From assembly GCA_903813345.2 (NCBI GenBank), contig CAIIXF020000001.1:47182001-47246000 (forward strand): a DNA stretch of 64,000 nucleotides, in the 5' to 3' direction. This document shows positions 63,301 through 64,000 of this stretch, one piece after another. Numbering within the stretch: the stretch's first letter is position 1; each line of letters begins with the position of its first letter. The notes under the pieces are model-generated. The model was not told where the DNA came from. It saw nothing but the letters and a program-made list of their open reading frames with translations, and did no database searches. Both the position numbers and the translations under genes were made by a program. Origin of the DNA: Owenia fusiformis (lineage: Eukaryota).

Positions 63301-63655
63301 TGTCAATAAATGTAATTTATGATTGATATTGATGTTAGAAATGCCAACTAGATGAGTGCAACTGTCAGTATGCCCAATTGAATGATCAAGCTCACCTGTG
63401 ATATTTATTGTACAGTTCTCTAATCTATTTAGTTTTGACTCAAACTTTGAAATAAATGTTACTGTAAAGACTCTTAAATTCATAATGTCACTGTCTCTTT
63501 TTTAAGTTAGTATGCTATATGGGTAATACTCCATTTCTATTTGCAGCTGTTAGACTTTGAACCAAAGGCTGCCGAACAGGTCCCACTACTTATGAAGATG
63601 AAACGTGACACTAATGCCCTCTATAAGTCAATTGAGAGTGGAGACACAGACCTCA
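33336..63655 (+). CDS. VPS16: Vacuolar protein sorting 16 (HOPS/CORVET core subunit), first 15 exons; continues beyond the window
   Basis: Exons 33336-33385, 36309-36397, 36636-36736, 37733-37861, 38243-38387, 38657-38775, 39050-39169, 39633-39763, 44102-44196, 58029-58105, 59880-60002, 60598-60725, 61078-61222, 63000-63134 and 63547-63655 join in frame. Motifs: [87 protein letters not shown]. Confidence 0.96.
39357..39526. mobile_element. Short MITE with TA TSD
   Basis: TA|CACTGGTGATCCACTCGATTACGCTGGTTACCAAAACG ... CGTTTTGGTAACCAGCGTAATCGAGTGGATTACCAGTG|TA; ~37-bp near-perfect TIR. Confidence 0.85.
39764..44101 (+). other. U12-type (minor spliceosome) AT-AC intron, VPS16 intron 8
   Basis: 5' site ATATCCTTT (39764-39772); branch TTTTCTTAAC (44083-44092); terminal AC (44100-44101). 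Splicing here gives the in-frame [19 protein letters not shown]. Confidence 0.93.
39950..44010. mobile_element. 4-kb non-autonomous foldback DNA transposon with ~1.3-kb TIRs (possibly Academ-like)
   Basis: GTTCAGTCAGAATGAGCCTAAATGCGTGCGTTCAGAGGG... is inverted at ...CTCATTCTGACTGAAC. Arms are traceable to about 41290 and 42570 and contain ~159-bp subrepeats. Possible 3-bp TSD ATG if the termini are TAG...C(T)A. Confidence 0.85.
44645..45451. mobile_element. Mariner-type MITE with long TIRs
   Basis: TA|CAAGGGTATATCATAAAGTTCTCAT ... ATGAGAACTTTATGATATACCCTCG|TA; arms ~170-190 bp. Confidence 0.85.
46345..46560 (+). mobile_element. Degenerate HINE-like 5' fragment with (GTCY/GTCA)n microsatellite
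   Basis: TTATCCCAATGAA start resembling the element at 47533, followed by GTCC/GTCT/GTCA repeats. Confidence 0.55.
46686..47171. mobile_element. TTAA-TSD MITE (Kolobok/piggyBac-like) containing a tRNA-derived segment
   Basis: TTAA|ACCTGCACATCGCTCCAAAACACAAT ... ATTGCGTTTTGGAGCAATGTACAGGT|TTAA. Confidence 0.8.
46829..46890 (-). pseudogene. tRNA-derived (tRNA-Gly-like) degenerate sequence
   Basis: Minus strand reads GGTAGCCTTGCGGTAGAATGCTCGCTCAGCACACAGGCGGCCCCGGTTTGAATCCC, resembling the tRNA-Gly D-arm to T-arm with A-box- and B-box-like motifs; the anticodon stem is broken. Confidence 0.55.
47533..49149 (+). mobile_element. Helentron/HINE-like element with (GTCC)n microsatellite and about eight 134/147-bp core repeats
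   Basis: Subterminal IR ATCCCATCGAAC / GTTCGATGGGAT (49106-49117); 5' hairpin; microsatellite 47574-47660; tandem core; 3' hairpin ACGCTTTGGCGT. Confidence 0.87.
49330..49975. mobile_element. Tc1/mariner MITE, largely palindromic, ~340 bp upstream of the K+ channel ATG
   Basis: TA|CAGGGTGTCC...CCCCTAGGCAGACATA ... TATGTCTGCCTAGGGG...GGACACCCTG|TA; arms ~250 bp. Confidence 0.88.
50312..51961 (+). CDS. Divergent voltage-gated potassium channel alpha subunit (Shaw/Shab-type T1 domain), 504 aa, nested in VPS16 intron 9
   Basis: Exons 50312-50857 and 50993-51961 (GT-AG, phase 0). T1 domain with HX5CX20CC (HFPKSFC...CCW); six hydrophobic segments; S4 [10 protein letters not shown]; pore [15 protein letters not shown]6 LPIPII. 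Confidence 0.93.
54377..55933. mobile_element. Second CAC...GTG element with >400-bp TIRs and 5-bp TSD (ATATA), nested in the previous one
   Basis: ATATA|CACGGGGTACCATCGAATAATTTTGGCAACG ... CGTTGCCAAAATTATTCGATGGTACCCCGTG|ATATA; near-identical arms. Confidence 0.9.
56285..56442. mobile_element. Degenerate pogo/Tigger-like MITE
   Basis: TACAGTAAAATATGT ... ACAGGTTTTACAG, similar to the termini of the 58236 element. Confidence 0.45.
56865..57346. mobile_element. PIF/Harbinger-type MITE (TAA TSD)
   Basis: TAA|AGCCCGGTATACACCAATGGGGCAA ... TTGCCCCATTGGTGTATACCGGGCT|TAA; interior of GGGAC/GTCCC decamer repeats; internal copy of the left terminus near 57155. Confidence 0.88.
58236..59614. mobile_element. 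pogo/Tigger-like MITE carrying a ~239-bp tandem repeat (about 3 copies)
   Basis: TA|CAGTAAAACCTGTCTAATCCGAACA ... TGTTCAGATATACAGGTTTTACTG|TA; repeat units start at 58523, 58761 and 59000. Confidence 0.85.
60726..61077 (+). other. U12-type GT-AG intron, VPS16 intron 12
   Basis: 5' site GTATCCTTT (60726-60734); branch ACCTTAAC (61063-61070) ending 7 nt before the exon; no polypyrimidine tract between branch and AG; restores [20 protein letters not shown]. Confidence 0.92.
61364..62796 (+). mobile_element. Harbinger-derived element with a Myb/SANT-like ORF fragment (61711-61905)
   Basis: TIR AGGCCTCATTATCATCTGGTCGCAA at both ends, flanked by CAG and CTG (CWG); subterminal TGCGA repeats; [20 protein letters not shown]...[18 protein letters not shown] fits the Myb/SANT-like protein that Harbinger elements encode. 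Confidence 0.8.
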
Positions 63656-64000
63656 GTAAGTAATGTGTATTCTAGATAGATGATTGAAAACATATAATTG
63701 ATTAATTAATGTTTGTTTGTTTGCTTGTTTGTTTGTTTTGGGAGCTCATTGCTTTGTTTCTAATCATTATTTCTCATATTTAAAACATGTAATACCTGAT
63801 ATAAAATTAATGTTAAAAATATTTGTATATTTTTATCATCATGATAAACCATGACATCTCATTTTCTTCTCAGCCCTGAGATGTTTCAGGTGAAACAGAA
63901 AGCTGCTATGAGTATCAGAATGTATGTTTATGGACATAGGGAATTATCAAATTTGTCAAGATATCACATTTCAGTTACTAAAATTTATTCCATCATAAAG

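Noticed and set aside
63873..63888. Possible 16-nt VPS16 micro-exon (ag...gt)
   Set aside because: Translation does not resemble the expected continuation after GDTDL; the next exon is probably beyond the window.

Overview
AT-rich animal genomic DNA (spliceosomal introns and repeat content suggest a lophotrochozoan, probably a mollusc; this is inference). Five protein-coding genes were reconstructed by reading splice sites and frames: (1) the last four coding exons of DNAAF11/LRRC6 (+, 128-1986); (2) a complete ODAD1/CCDC114-CCDC63-family gene (+, 5051-9875, 10 exons, 555 aa); (3) a complete NPHP4 (-, 32911-14758, 24 exons, ~1472 aa); (4) VPS16 (+, from 33336, 15 exons, continues past the window end), head-to-head with NPHP4 and carrying two U12-type introns; (5) a divergent two-exon voltage-gated K+ channel (+, 50312-51961, 504 aa) nested on the same strand in VPS16 intron 9. 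Introns and intergenic DNA are dense with non-autonomous DNA transposons (Helentron/HINE-like, Tc1/mariner MITEs, Kolobok-like, Harbinger-like, a 4-kb foldback element, two nested CAC...GTG elements with 5-bp TSDs) and one non-LTR retrotransposon 3' end. The most unusual signals are: a 95-bp tandem array made of a DNAAF11 splice acceptor plus exon start (seven AG-retaining decoy acceptors), echoed by decayed decoys in NPHP4; the same-strand nested K+ channel; an AT-AC intron almost wholly filled by a foldback element carrying X-box palindromes; and the nested Transib/RAG-like-terminus elements. All coordinates were read by eye and no database searches were run.
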